Shown in pieces: positions 55,267-63,542 of a stretch of DNA of 64,000 bases. The first letter of the stretch is position 1. The number at the start of each line of letters is the position of its first letter. Both the position numbers and the translations under genes were made by a program. The stretch lies in contig JAWLCE010000020.1 of assembly GCA_041687335.1 (NCBI GenBank), positions 14,202 to 78,201 on the forward strand, read 5' to 3'. The stretch comes from Sumerlaeia bacterium. GTDB taxonomy: Bacteria > Sumerlaeota > Sumerlaeia > MVZB01. The notes below the pieces were generated by a model. The model saw only the letters and a program-made list of their open reading frames with translations, searched no databases and was not told the origin of the DNA.

Positions 55267-55672
55267 CTTCGTCTCCTTGTTGGTTTTCATGGTCGTGTAA
55301 ATCGATCGCCAGCCGGCGCAGCGCCCGGCTGATCCGTCTGAGGCGCGCAGGGTCGCCCCGGCTGGTCACAAGCACCATCACGTCCTCGGCAATGGCATAG
55401 GTCAGGGTCTGCTGAGGCTGCGGCACGCCCGGCTCATCAGCCTCGCCGCCGAACTTCGCAGCGATCCGCGCCAGCGTCCAGCCCTTGGCCTGGAGCTTGC
55501 GGATTTCTTCCAGCCGCTCGAGGTGCTGCGCTCCGTAAGCCGCCCGCGGCCCCGCCCGCAGCGGCGGCGGCAAGAGCCCCCGCGTGATATAAAGCCGCAC
55601 CGTCCGAGCCGGCACCCCGCCCAGCTCGACCAGTTCCGCCAGCCGATATTCGTCCTTCTCGTGCGCCCGCAT
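55247..55672 (-). CDS. MerR-like HTH transcriptional regulator
   Basis: 'YRLAELVELGGVPARTVRLYITRGLLPPP...YGAQHLERLEEIRKLQAKGWTLARI'; overlaps the VIT-vWA start. Confidence 0.9.
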   Translation of the reverse strand: MRAHEKDEYRLAELVELGGVPARTVRLYITRGLLPPPLRAGPRAAYGAQHLERLEEIRKLQAKGWTLARIAAKFGGEADEPGVPQPQQTLTYAIAEDVMVLVTSRGDPARLRRISRALRRLAIDLHDHENQQGDEDDDDER

Positions 55673-55707
55673 CGCCCCAGCTTCCTTCGTCCATGGAACA
55701 TCTAGCC

Positions 55708-55742
55708 ATCATAATAACACACAATATGACAGTGTCAATATT
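55708..55742 (-). promoter_or_regulatory. Sigma70 promoter with an overlapping palindromic operator, upstream of the MerR-like gene
   Basis: TTGACA-N19-TATGAT (or N16 with extended TG-TATTAT); palindrome TGACA-C-TGTCA over the -35 box. Confidence 0.7.
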
Positions 55743-55785
55743 AAAAAGGGGCGCTTTGCGATGCTTTTATTGCTACAGCCAAGAT

Positions 55786-55864
55786 CGCGCACGCGAGGGA
55801 TCTTACGGGCGGATAGGGACCCATCACCCCCTACTGGGTCGTGCGAAAAGAGGGGGGCGGGGGC
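55786..55864. repeat. Diverged ~80-bp G/C-run direct repeat, copy A
   Basis: Core GGTCGTGCGAAAAGAGGGGGG (55837-55857) matches 56421-56441 at 20/21. Confidence 0.7.
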
Positions 55865-56370
55865 ATGAGGGGTTGGCGGTGTGCACTTTACAAGTTAGGA
55901 GAGTCTCAGCGGGCATGAGCTCTTTGCTAAGCGCGTGCAGAGCGGTTCGTTTGCCGCAGTAGCTGCATTGTGTCCAGTTTGTCCATGATTTCCTGATACA
56001 CGACCATGCTGACCTGGCGCACGATGGAGGCGTTTGCCCGGCCGAGCGTTGACTCCTCCGACAGGAAACTGGGGGAGTAACCCATCTTTTATTTGTGATG
56101 CGAATGCATACTCTACGGCACATAAAACTCGCGAGGCGGCAAACGTCAGAGGCACCTGCGGATTGGCATCACGCGAGAACCCCACATCGGTTTCGCCAGT
56201 TATTCACATACATACTGAATGACGCGTGTCTACACTCGCCTTCGCGTTGGCTGGCTCGTTTAGGGGAGTCATCGGTCGGGCGTTCCATTCTCTGGTCTCC
56301 CTGCCGTGTCTACCCTCGCTCAAAAAAGATTCTCGGACCAATTGCAGGTGCCAACCCGAGGCGCTGAACG

Positions 56371-56450
56371 CGCGCGCGAGAAATTATAGGCGCGGATTGG
56401 GTCCCATACCCCCCCAGGGGGGTCGCGCGAAAAGAGGGGGGGGTGGGGGC
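56371..56450. repeat. Diverged ~80-bp G/C-run direct repeat, copy B
   Basis: GCGGATTGGGTCCCAT and GGTCGCGCGAAAAGAGGGGGG are colinear with copy A at ~584 bp offset. Confidence 0.7.
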
Positions 56451-56496
56451 GGCTGGGCAGAAAAAGGCCTGGCTGGGAGGGGTCCCGAGCCGGGCA

Positions 56497-56518
56497 ATTG
56501 TTTCCCGATTGTTTCCCG
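56497..56518. repeat. Tandem 11-mer, putative integrase arm-type site
   Basis: ATTGTTTCCCG x2, about 95 bp inside the tRNA 3' end. Confidence 0.55.
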
Positions 56519-56551
56519 GAAAGCGCCAGAATCGACGCGGATGGGAGGGGG

Positions 56552-56590
56552 TAAAAGAAACTCGGAAAGTCCAGCTGGGCCTTCCGAGTT
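56552..56590 (-). terminator. Terminator downstream of tRNA-Asp
   Basis: AACTCGGAA...TTCCGAGTT stem, followed on the minus strand by TCTTTTAC. Confidence 0.65.
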
Positions 56591-56611
56591 GTTGATTTTG
56601 ATGAGTTTGAG

Positions 56612-56688
56612 TGGCGGGGCCGACGAGACTTGAACTCGCGACCTCCGGAGTGACAGTCCGGCACTCTAACCAACTGAGCTACGACCCC
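56612..56688 (-). tRNA. trnD: tRNA-Asp(GTC)
   Basis: 77 nt; acceptor stem GGGGTCG/CGGCCCC, D-arm TAGCTCAGTTGGTTAGAG, anticodon arm CCGGA-CTGTCAC-TCCGG, T-loop TTCAA, encoded CCA. Confidence 0.98.
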
Positions 56689-56854
56689 GCATCGGCTCGG
56701 TGTTTTGGCCTGACCTCCCGCATCACGCGGGCGCACGGCCTCTGACCATAGCCACGAATAGAATTGCAGTCCGAGGGGTCGGATGTCAAGTAACTTTCGC
56801 GCGGCGAGATAACTTCAACCCAAGGTCAAAGTCACTCCTAACGTCAAAGTCGAG

Positions 56855-56958
56855 GCACCCTTCTTCAGCGTAGAGGGGCAGCCTGAAAGGGGCCGAACCG
56901 CCGGGGGTGCCGCACCCCGGCCGACGGGTAAAAGTTCTTCCGGCATGACAGAGGGTGC
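56855..56958. ncRNA. Candidate structured RNA of unassigned class
   Basis: Closing stem GCACCCT/AGGGTGC enclosing TTCAG/CTGAA and CCGGGGGTG/CACCCCGG hairpins in the tRNA-elbB gap. Confidence 0.3.
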
Positions 56959-57032
56959 TATGCTCAAGTATTATTATCCCCGGCGCCCTCGTGCGCACGA
57001 ATCATCAGACCAGTGGAAGTGAGGGCGGGCTT

Positions 57033-57698
57033 GTGAAAGTTGCGGTCGTGCTATCGGGTTGCGGTCATTTGGATGGCTCGGAGATCACGGAGGCGGTCAG
57101 CGTGCTGGTGGCGCTGGACCGGGCCGGGGCGGATTATTTCTGCTGCGCGCCCCATGGCGAGCAGCACGAGGTGGTGGACCACCTGCGCGGGGAGGCGGTG
57201 CCGGGCAAGGTGCGCTATGTGCTGACGGAGTCGGCGCGCATCGCGCGCGGCCGCGTGCGCGACCTGGGCGAGGTCTCGGCCGGCGACCTGGATGCGCTGG
57301 TCTTCCCCGGTGGCTTCGGCGCGGCGAAAAATCTTTCAAGCTTCGCCCTCGATGGGGCGGCCTGCGGGGTGCAGGCCGATGTGGAGCGGCTGATTCTCGA
57401 GACCCACGGCGCGCGCCGCCCGATCGGGCTGATCTGCATTGCGCCGGTGCTGGCGGCGCGCGTGCTGGGCGCCCGCGGCCATTCGCCGCTGCTGACGATC
57501 GGCCATGACGCGCAGACGGCCGCCGCCATCGAGGCGATGGGCGGGCGCCATCAGGATTGCGCCGCCACCGAGTGCGTCGTCGATGAACAGAACCGGCTGG
57601 TCTCCACGCCCGCCTATATGCTCGGACGCGGCCCCGCCGAAGTCTTCGGAGGGATTGGCCGTTGCATCGAGACGCTGCTGCGGCTGATCCCGCGCTAG
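57033..57698 (+). CDS. elbB: Glyoxalase ElbB / ES1 family (DJ-1/PfpI superfamily)
   Basis: 'KVAVVLSGCGHLDGSEITE', 'ESARIARG', 'PGGFGAAKNLS', 'ICIAP', 'STPAYM'; GTG start 57033. Confidence 0.93.
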   Translation: MKVAVVLSGCGHLDGSEITEAVSVLVALDRAGADYFCCAPHGEQHEVVDHLRGEAVPGKVRYVLTESARIARGRVRDLGEVSAGDLDALVFPGGFGAAKNLSSFALDGAACGVQADVERLILETHGARRPIGLICIAPVLAARVLGARGHSPLLTIGHDAQTAAAIEAMGGRHQDCAATECVVDEQNRLVSTPAYMLGRGPAEVFGGIGRCIETLLRLIPR

Positions 57699-57707
57699 CG
57701 GGTGCCG

Positions 57708-58505
57708 ATGATCCCGCTGCGCGACAACGTTCCGTCAACCACGCGGCCGATCGTCAATATCGCGATCATCATCATCACGGCGGTGATGTTCTTCATGCAG
57801 CTGTCGAGCGGCCAGCCCGATGCGCTGCTTGATCCATTGACCGAGCGCTACGGGATGATCCCCGCGCGCATGATTGCCCCCGGGGAGCCGGTGGTGATCC
57901 AGTTGGTCGAGCAGCGCGGGCCGTTTCAACTGGCGCACGGCCAGCCGTTGGAGCTCAACGAGCCGCCGTTCCACCCATGGTGGACGTTGCTGACATCAAT
58001 CTTCCTGCACGGCGGGCTGCTGCATTTTGTCGGCAACATGTGGTTTTTGTGGATCTTCGGCGACAACGTCGAGGATCGCCTCGGCCACCTGCGCTACCTG
58101 CTCTTTTATCTCGGCTGTGGCGTCTTTGCCGGCCTGACCCATCTGGCGACCAATTGGGGTTCGGTGCTGCCGACCATCGGCGCCAGCGGAGCGATCGCCG
58201 GGGTGATGGGCGCCTATTTCCTGCTCTACCCGCGCGCGCGCGTGCTGACGCTGCTGCCGCTGATTCTTGTTTTCTATACGCTGGTCATCCCGGCGCCCCT
58301 GTTCCTGGGGCTGTGGTTCGTGCTTCAGTTCTGGCAAGGTGTGACGGCCTGGGGAGCGGGGACGGCCGGCGGGGTGGCCTGGTGGGCGCATGTCGGCGGT
58401 TTCGTTGCCGGCATGTTCGTGATCGGAGTGTTGAGCCGCAGCCACCAGTTGCGCCCCGGCCCGCTCCATTACGAGCATCGCGGCTTTGTCCACCGCGGAT
58501 ACTGA
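57708..58505 (+). CDS. Rhomboid-family intramembrane serine protease
   Basis: 'IPLRDNVP', 'TSIFLHGGLLHFVGNMWFLWIFGDNVEDRLG', 'GASG', 'AHVGGF'. Confidence 0.95.
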   Translation: MIPLRDNVPSTTRPIVNIAIIIITAVMFFMQLSSGQPDALLDPLTERYGMIPARMIAPGEPVVIQLVEQRGPFQLAHGQPLELNEPPFHPWWTLLTSIFLHGGLLHFVGNMWFLWIFGDNVEDRLGHLRYLLFYLGCGVFAGLTHLATNWGSVLPTIGASGAIAGVMGAYFLLYPRARVLTLLPLILVFYTLVIPAPLFLGLWFVLQFWQGVTAWGAGTAGGVAWWAHVGGFVAGMFVIGVLSRSHQLRPGPLHYEHRGFVHRGY

Positions 58506-58631
58506 GAGGCGGCCCTTGGCGCTTTGGCGTGAACCATGGCACCCCTTACGCCATCAGCTCCCATCGCCGCCGTTTCGTGAAACCACAGCCGCTCTCTGAT
58601 ACCATCAATCAAGCAGATCAAACGGGAGTCA

Positions 58632-61600
58632 TTGGCGGCCATGGATGACGATATCAAGGCTGTGCTGGATGGGCTGGCGCGTCGGCATGTCCTGCCACGG
58701 GCGACTTATCGGCTTCAATTCAGCCATGAGTTTACCTTTGCCCAAGCCGCCGTACTGGCCGATTACCTGGCCGAGCTGGGCGTCAGCCACGCCTACTGTT
58801 CGCCGCTGCTCAAGGCCGGCGCCGACAGCACCCACGGCTATGACATCGTTGATCATAATCACCTCAATCCCAACCTGGGCGGCGACGAGGGCTTCCTTGG
58901 CTTCAGCGACGCCCTGCGCGCGCATGGGCTGGGCCTGGTGCTCGATATCGTCCCCAACCACATGGGCATCGCCGACCCCGGCAACACTTGGTGGCAGGAC
59001 GTGCTTGAAAACGGCCCATCCTCGCTCTACGCCGGCCATTTTGATATCCAATGGCATCCTGCCGCCGACGGCACCGGGAGTCGGATCGTCCTGCCGATCC
59101 TGGAGGACCAATATGGAAAGGTGCTCGAGGAGGGCAAGCTGAAGCTGGTCCATGAGGAGGGCGCTTTTTTTGTCCACTACTATGACTTTCGCATGCCGGT
59201 GGCTCCAGGCACCTACAGTCCGCTGCTCACGCACCGGCTCGATGAGCTCAAACGTCTGCTGGGCGAGAACAGCGAACCGCTGACCGAACTGCTCAGCATC
59301 ATGACGGCGATCAGCCACCTGCCGCCGCGCACGGCGCTGCCGCCCGAACAAGTCGCCGAACGCAATCGCGAGAAGGAGATCATCAAGCGCCGGATCGCCG
59401 CGCTCGAGGCCGCCTGTCCCGAGGTGCGCGAGGCGCTCGAGCGCACGGTCGAGGACACCAACGGCCGCATCGGCGAGCCGGCCAGCTTCGATCCGCTGGA
59501 TCGGCTGATCGGCAACCAAGCCTGGCGGCCGGCCTTCTGGCGCGTGGCGAGCGAGGAGATCAACTTCCGCCGCTTCTTCGAGATCAACACGCTGGCGGCA
59601 ATCCGCGTCGAGCGCATCGAGGTCTTCGAGGCCACCCACCGCCTCATCCTGCGACTGCTGGCCGAGGGCCGCGTCAATGCCCTGCGCATCGATCACCCCG
59701 ACGGCCTCTGGGACCCCGCCCAATACCTGCGCCGCCTGCAGGTCCATCACCTGCTCGCACTGTGGCGCGCGGCCCAAGGCCATGAGCCGGAGCCGGACTC
59801 GCCGGCGCGGCCGGTCTCCGACTGGCTCGATGCCTTCGAGGCGAGGCGCGCCGGCCGCGATGAGCCTTGGCCGCTGTGGGTCGTCGTCGAGAAAATTCTG
59901 AGTGAGGGCGAGCCGCTGCCGCCGGACTGGATGTGCGCCGGCACGACGGGCTATGACTTCATCGCCGCGGCCGAGGGACTGTTCATCGATGCCGACAACC
60001 AGCGGGCGTTCGACAAGATCTACGCCCAATTTTCGGGCCAGGGACGGCCGCTGCGCGAGATCGTCCATGCAAGCAAGCTGGCGGTCATGCGTGTCTCGCT
60101 GGCCAGCGAAATCATCGCGCTCAGCCTGCGGCTTTATGCGATCGCGAAGGGCAATCGCCGCACGCGCGACTTTACGCTGGGCGGGCTGCGTGCAGCACTG
60201 CGCGAGGTTGTCGCCGCACTGGCGGTCTACCGCACCTACATCACGGCGCGCACCCATGAGCTGTCGGCGCGCGACCGCGAATATATCGAGTCGGCAATCC
60301 GCGTGGCACGCCGGCGCACGCCCGAGGGGTTTGGCCTGGCGCTGGATTTCATCCGCGAGACGCTGCTGCTGCGCAACCTCGACCAGTTCCCCCCCGCGAT
60401 GCGCCCCGAGATCAAGGACTTCATCATGAAGTTCCAGCAGGTGGCGGGGCCCGTGATGGCCAAGGGTTTCGAGGACACCGCGCTTTACGTCCAGAATCGG
60501 CTGGTGTCGCTCAACGAAGTGGGGGTCCACCCCGATCGCTTCGGGATCGATCCCGACGGCTTTCATGCCCACAATGCCGAGCGCCGCGCGCAGTGGCCCC
60601 ACGCGATGCTGGCCGGCTCGACCCACGACACCAAGCGCTCCGAGGATGTGCGGGCGCGTATTCATGTGCTTTCGGAGCTGCCCGGGGAGTGGCGCGCCGC
60701 CCTGGGGCGCTGGAGCCGGCGTAATGCGGGGCGCAAGACCTTCGTCGACGGCGAGCCGGCACCCGACCGCAACGATGAATACCTGCTCTACCAGACACTG
60801 ATCGGCGCCTGGCCTGAGGCCGCGCCCGGAAGTCCCGGCTTCGCCGACTTTCGCGAGCGCATCGGCCGCTACATGGAGAAGGCGACGCGCGAGGCCAAGG
60901 TCCACACCAGCTGGATCAACGCCAATGAAGGCTATGACGCGGCAGTGCAGAGCTTCGTTGCGCGCCTGCTCGATGACTCGCGGCGCAACCCATTTCTCGA
61001 GGAGCTGGGCGCGCTGGCGCGGCGAGTCGCCTTCTTTGGGCGCTTCAATTCGCTGTCGCAACTGCTGCTGCGGCTGACGGCGCCCGGCGTCCCCGACATC
61101 TATCAGGGCAGCGAGCTGTGGGACCTGAGCCTGGTTGATCCGGACAACCGCCGGCCGGTGGATTACCCGCGCCGCCGCGCCGAGCTGGCCCGCCTGCGCG
61201 AGCATACCGGCGACCCCGCCACGCTGGCCGAGGAGCTCATGGGGCGGATCGAGGACGGGGCCATCAAGCTCCACGTCCTCCAGCGCGCCCTGGCGCTGCG
61301 GCGCAAGCGCGAGCGGCTGTTCTCACACGGCGATTACCTGCCGCTGGCCGCCAGCGGAGGGCGCGCACGCCATGTAACGGCCTTTGCCCGCCGCGAGGGT
61401 GAGGCGGCCCTGATCGCCGTTGTGCCCCGGCTGGTGGTGGGACTGACGCGCGGCGAGGAGCGCCCGCCGATCGGCGGGGAACTCTGGGCCGATACCCGCC
61501 TAACGCTGCCCGAAGGCTGGGCCGGCCGGCCCTGGCGCAACATCTTCACGGGCGAGATGGTCGAGCCGGAGCCGGTCGAGGCCCCCGCCCTGGCGCTGGG

Positions 61601-61649
61601 GCGGGTGCTGGCGCGCTTTCCGCTGGCGCTGCTCGAAGCGCCCGACTGA
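58632..61649 (+). CDS. treY: Malto-oligosyltrehalose synthase (GH13)
   Basis: 'PRATYRLQF', 'GSTHGYD'-like 'DSTHGYD', 'LRIDHPDGL', 'VEKIL', 'STHDTKRSED', 'PGVPDIYQG'; start TTG 58632 or ATG 58641. Confidence 0.96.
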   Translation: MAAMDDDIKAVLDGLARRHVLPRATYRLQFSHEFTFAQAAVLADYLAELGVSHAYCSPLLKAGADSTHGYDIVDHNHLNPNLGGDEGFLGFSDALRAHGLGLVLDIVPNHMGIADPGNTWWQDVLENGPSSLYAGHFDIQWHPAADGTGSRIVLPILEDQYGKVLEEGKLKLVHEEGAFFVHYYDFRMPVAPGTYSPLLTHRLDELKRLLGENSEPLTELLSIMTAISHLPPRTALPPEQVAERNREKEIIKRRIAALEAACPEVREALERTVEDTNGRIGEPASFDPLDRLIGNQAWRPAFWRVASEEINFRRFFEINTLAAIRVERIEVFEATHRLILRLLAEGRVNALRIDHPDGLWDPAQYLRRLQVHHLLALWRAAQGHEPEPDSPARPVSDWLDAFEARRAGRDEPWPLWVVVEKILSEGEPLPPDWMCAGTTGYDFIAAAEGLFIDADNQRAFDKIYAQFSGQGRPLREIVHASKLAVMRVSLASEIIALSLRLYAIAKGNRRTRDFTLGGLRAALREVVAALAVYRTYITARTHELSARDREYIESAIRVARRRTPEGFGLALDFIRETLLLRNLDQFPPAMRPEIKDFIMKFQQVAGPVMAKGFEDTALYVQNRLVSLNEVGVHPDRFGIDPDGFHAHNAERRAQWPHAMLAGSTHDTKRSEDVRARIHVLSELPGEWRAALGRWSRRNAGRKTFVDGEPAPDRNDEYLLYQTLIGAWPEAAPGSPGFADFRERIGRYMEKATREAKVHTSWINANEGYDAAVQSFVARLLDDSRRNPFLEELGALARRVAFFGRFNSLSQLLLRLTAPGVPDIYQGSELWDLSLVDPDNRRPVDYPRRRAELARLREHTGDPATLAEELMGRIEDGAIKLHVLQRALALRRKRERLFSHGDYLPLAASGGRARHVTAFARREGEAALIAVVPRLVVGLTRGEERPPIGGELWADTRLTLPEGWAGRPWRNIFTGEMVEPEPVEAPALALGRVLARFPLALLEAPD

Positions 61650-61709
61650 TCAAAGCGTCCCGCCGCTCTCAATTGACGTCCAGCTCATGATTGTGCTACT
61701 TCTCAAACT

Positions 61710-62309
61710 ATGAGGCGCAACATCCAGCTCCTGGGAATTCTGGCCGCGCTGCTGCCGCTCCTGGCCGCGTGCTATGATGAAAGTACGGCCGACGCGCAGA
61801 TCGAGGGCGCCGGCCAGGGAAAGGGAGGCGCAATGGCACTGGAAAAGACCTTGTTCGGGGCGGGTTGCTTCTGGGGCGTGGAGGAAACCTTTGCCCGCAC
61901 CCCGGGAGTCAAGTCAACGGCGGTCGGCTATGCCGGCGGCACGACCGACCACCCGACTTACCGGGACGTCTGCAGCGGCTCAACCGGCCACGCCGAGGTC
62001 TGCGAGGTGGAGTTCGATCCGGCCGAGATCAGCTATGAGCAGCTGCTTGAAGTTTTCTGGGAGATGCACGACCCGACCCAGCTCAACCGGCAGGGCCCCG
62101 ACGTCGGCACGCAATATCGCTCGGTGATTTTCTATCATTCGGCCGAACAGGCGGCCGCCGCGCGCGCGAGCATGGAGCGGCTGGCCGGTCGGCTGCCGCT
62201 GGGCCGTCCGCTCGCGACCCAGCTCGAGCCGGCCCCCGCTTTCTGGCGCGCCGAGGAATATCACCAACGCTACATCGCCAAGCGCGGCGGCGGGTTCTCC
62301 TGTCACTGA
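61710..62309 (+). CDS. msrA: Peptide-methionine (S)-S-oxide reductase with an N-terminal lipoprotein signal
   Basis: GCFWG, 'GHAEV', 'QYRSVIF', 'AEEYHQRY'; lipobox LAAC. Confidence 0.95.
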   Translation: MRRNIQLLGILAALLPLLAACYDESTADAQIEGAGQGKGGAMALEKTLFGAGCFWGVEETFARTPGVKSTAVGYAGGTTDHPTYRDVCSGSTGHAEVCEVEFDPAEISYEQLLEVFWEMHDPTQLNRQGPDVGTQYRSVIFYHSAEQAAAARASMERLAGRLPLGRPLATQLEPAPAFWRAEEYHQRYIAKRGGGFSCH

Positions 62310-62366
62310 GGGACCCGGTCACATTTCCGAGCCCGCGCATTTTGACGCGGGGAGTGCGACTTCCTT

Positions 62367-63461
62367 TTATTGAACGGGGGCCTCGGCCGCACGCCCGGGG
62401 CTGATGGACTGTGCCAGCTCCGCGACCTTGCGCTCCATCATCTCGAGCAGGCGGGCCTTGTAGTTGTAGGGCGGCCCGAGCTGGGTATCATGGTCGGCCT
62501 GCTTGAGGCTCTCACGCTCCAGCGCGATCAGGTCGGTCTGGATCATCTCGAGCACAAGCTCCCGCGTGACCTTGTCGGGCAGGATTTTCAGCTCGATGGC
62601 GTAGCGGTGGCGCATTTCCTCGTCGAGCGCCTCGGTGCGATCAACCATGTCATACTCACGGACCTTGTCGGCGATGCGGTGAATGAGCGTGCCCTGGCTG
62701 GGCGAGGCCAGCTCGTCGCGCTTGAGGATGAACATGTAGCCGTGCTCGTCGGCGCGGCGATAGGCCCACTGGTCCCGAATGCGCTCCAGTTGCGCCAGTT
62801 CATATTTGATGACCTCGTCGTCGCCGACCGTAACCGGCGCGCCGCCCTCCCCATCATCGGTCCCGCCGACGTGGATCAGCGAGGCATAGCGCTTGCGCAG
62901 CTCCGGGGTCAGCCGGCCCTGGCGGATGTGCGCGATCATGCCGAGCTTCTGCTCGAAGCGCACCTGCTCGGCCGCGTCATAGATATCCCACCAGATCCAG
63001 GTTTCGATCAGGTCCATGAAGTCCGCCAGCCATGGCTCGATGGAGGAGTAGAACGCCTTCAGGTCGTGGATGCGCACCTGACCGCGAGTGGCTTCCTTGC
63101 GCTGGTCCTGGCAGTGGCTGACCAACTCGACCTGGATCGAAGTCTGGTCGGTGGGCGACATCAGCAGCTTGCGGATTTTCTCATCATCTCCCAGCAGCAC
63201 GTCTGAAACCTTGCGCCGCAGCGGCCCATAGATCTTGTCCCCCATCAGGCAGCGGCGCACGTTCGCCATCTCATGATAGATCAGGTCCTGCTTGATCGCC
63301 TTGATGCGGGGGTTGATGCGTCCGGCATGGTCGAAGCGGATTGAGAGGAACTCAATCAAGCGGCTGCTGATCAGCTCGGTGTGGCGCTCGGCGGAAGTGC
63401 GGGCTTCCTGGGTTTTCTCGGTTGGCATCGTTGGCTCCTGCTCCACGGCCGCAACGGCCAT
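62367..63461 (-). CDS. Soluble alpha-helical hypothetical protein
   Basis: 364-aa ORF with host-like GC3 codon pattern, downstream of truA; no motif recognised. Confidence 0.75.
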   Translation of the reverse strand: MAVAAVEQEPTMPTEKTQEARTSAERHTELISSRLIEFLSIRFDHAGRINPRIKAIKQDLIYHEMANVRRCLMGDKIYGPLRRKVSDVLLGDDEKIRKLLMSPTDQTSIQVELVSHCQDQRKEATRGQVRIHDLKAFYSSIEPWLADFMDLIETWIWWDIYDAAEQVRFEQKLGMIAHIRQGRLTPELRKRYASLIHVGGTDDGEGGAPVTVGDDEVIKYELAQLERIRDQWAYRRADEHGYMFILKRDELASPSQGTLIHRIADKVREYDMVDRTEALDEEMRHRYAIELKILPDKVTRELVLEMIQTDLIALERESLKQADHDTQLGPPYNYKARLLEMMERKVAELAQSISPGRAAEAPVQ

Positions 63462-63542
63462 TTGATTTGCATGAGTTCACCGGATCATTGACTCAACCAT
63501 AGCATCCTGATTCCTTCGGTCACAAGCCAAACCGCCGGCCGC

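Larger units (their letters stand above)
43173..56658. mobile_element. ~13.4-kb degenerate genomic island integrated at tRNA-Asp(GTC), no integrase visible
   Basis: Flanking direct repeats, DUF6876 gene, McrC and other gene fragments, short arm-like repeats near both ends. Confidence 0.85.

Noticed and set aside
55824-56123. HNH endonuclease suggested by 'CSYCG'
   Set aside because: No following H-N-H residues or second CxxC, no RBS, and non-protein-like composition
56855-56958. FMN riboswitch or 5S rRNA
   Set aside because: Only a partial resemblance (CCGACGG..AAAG); the FMN GGGGUGAAAUUCCC core and the conserved 5S segments are absent
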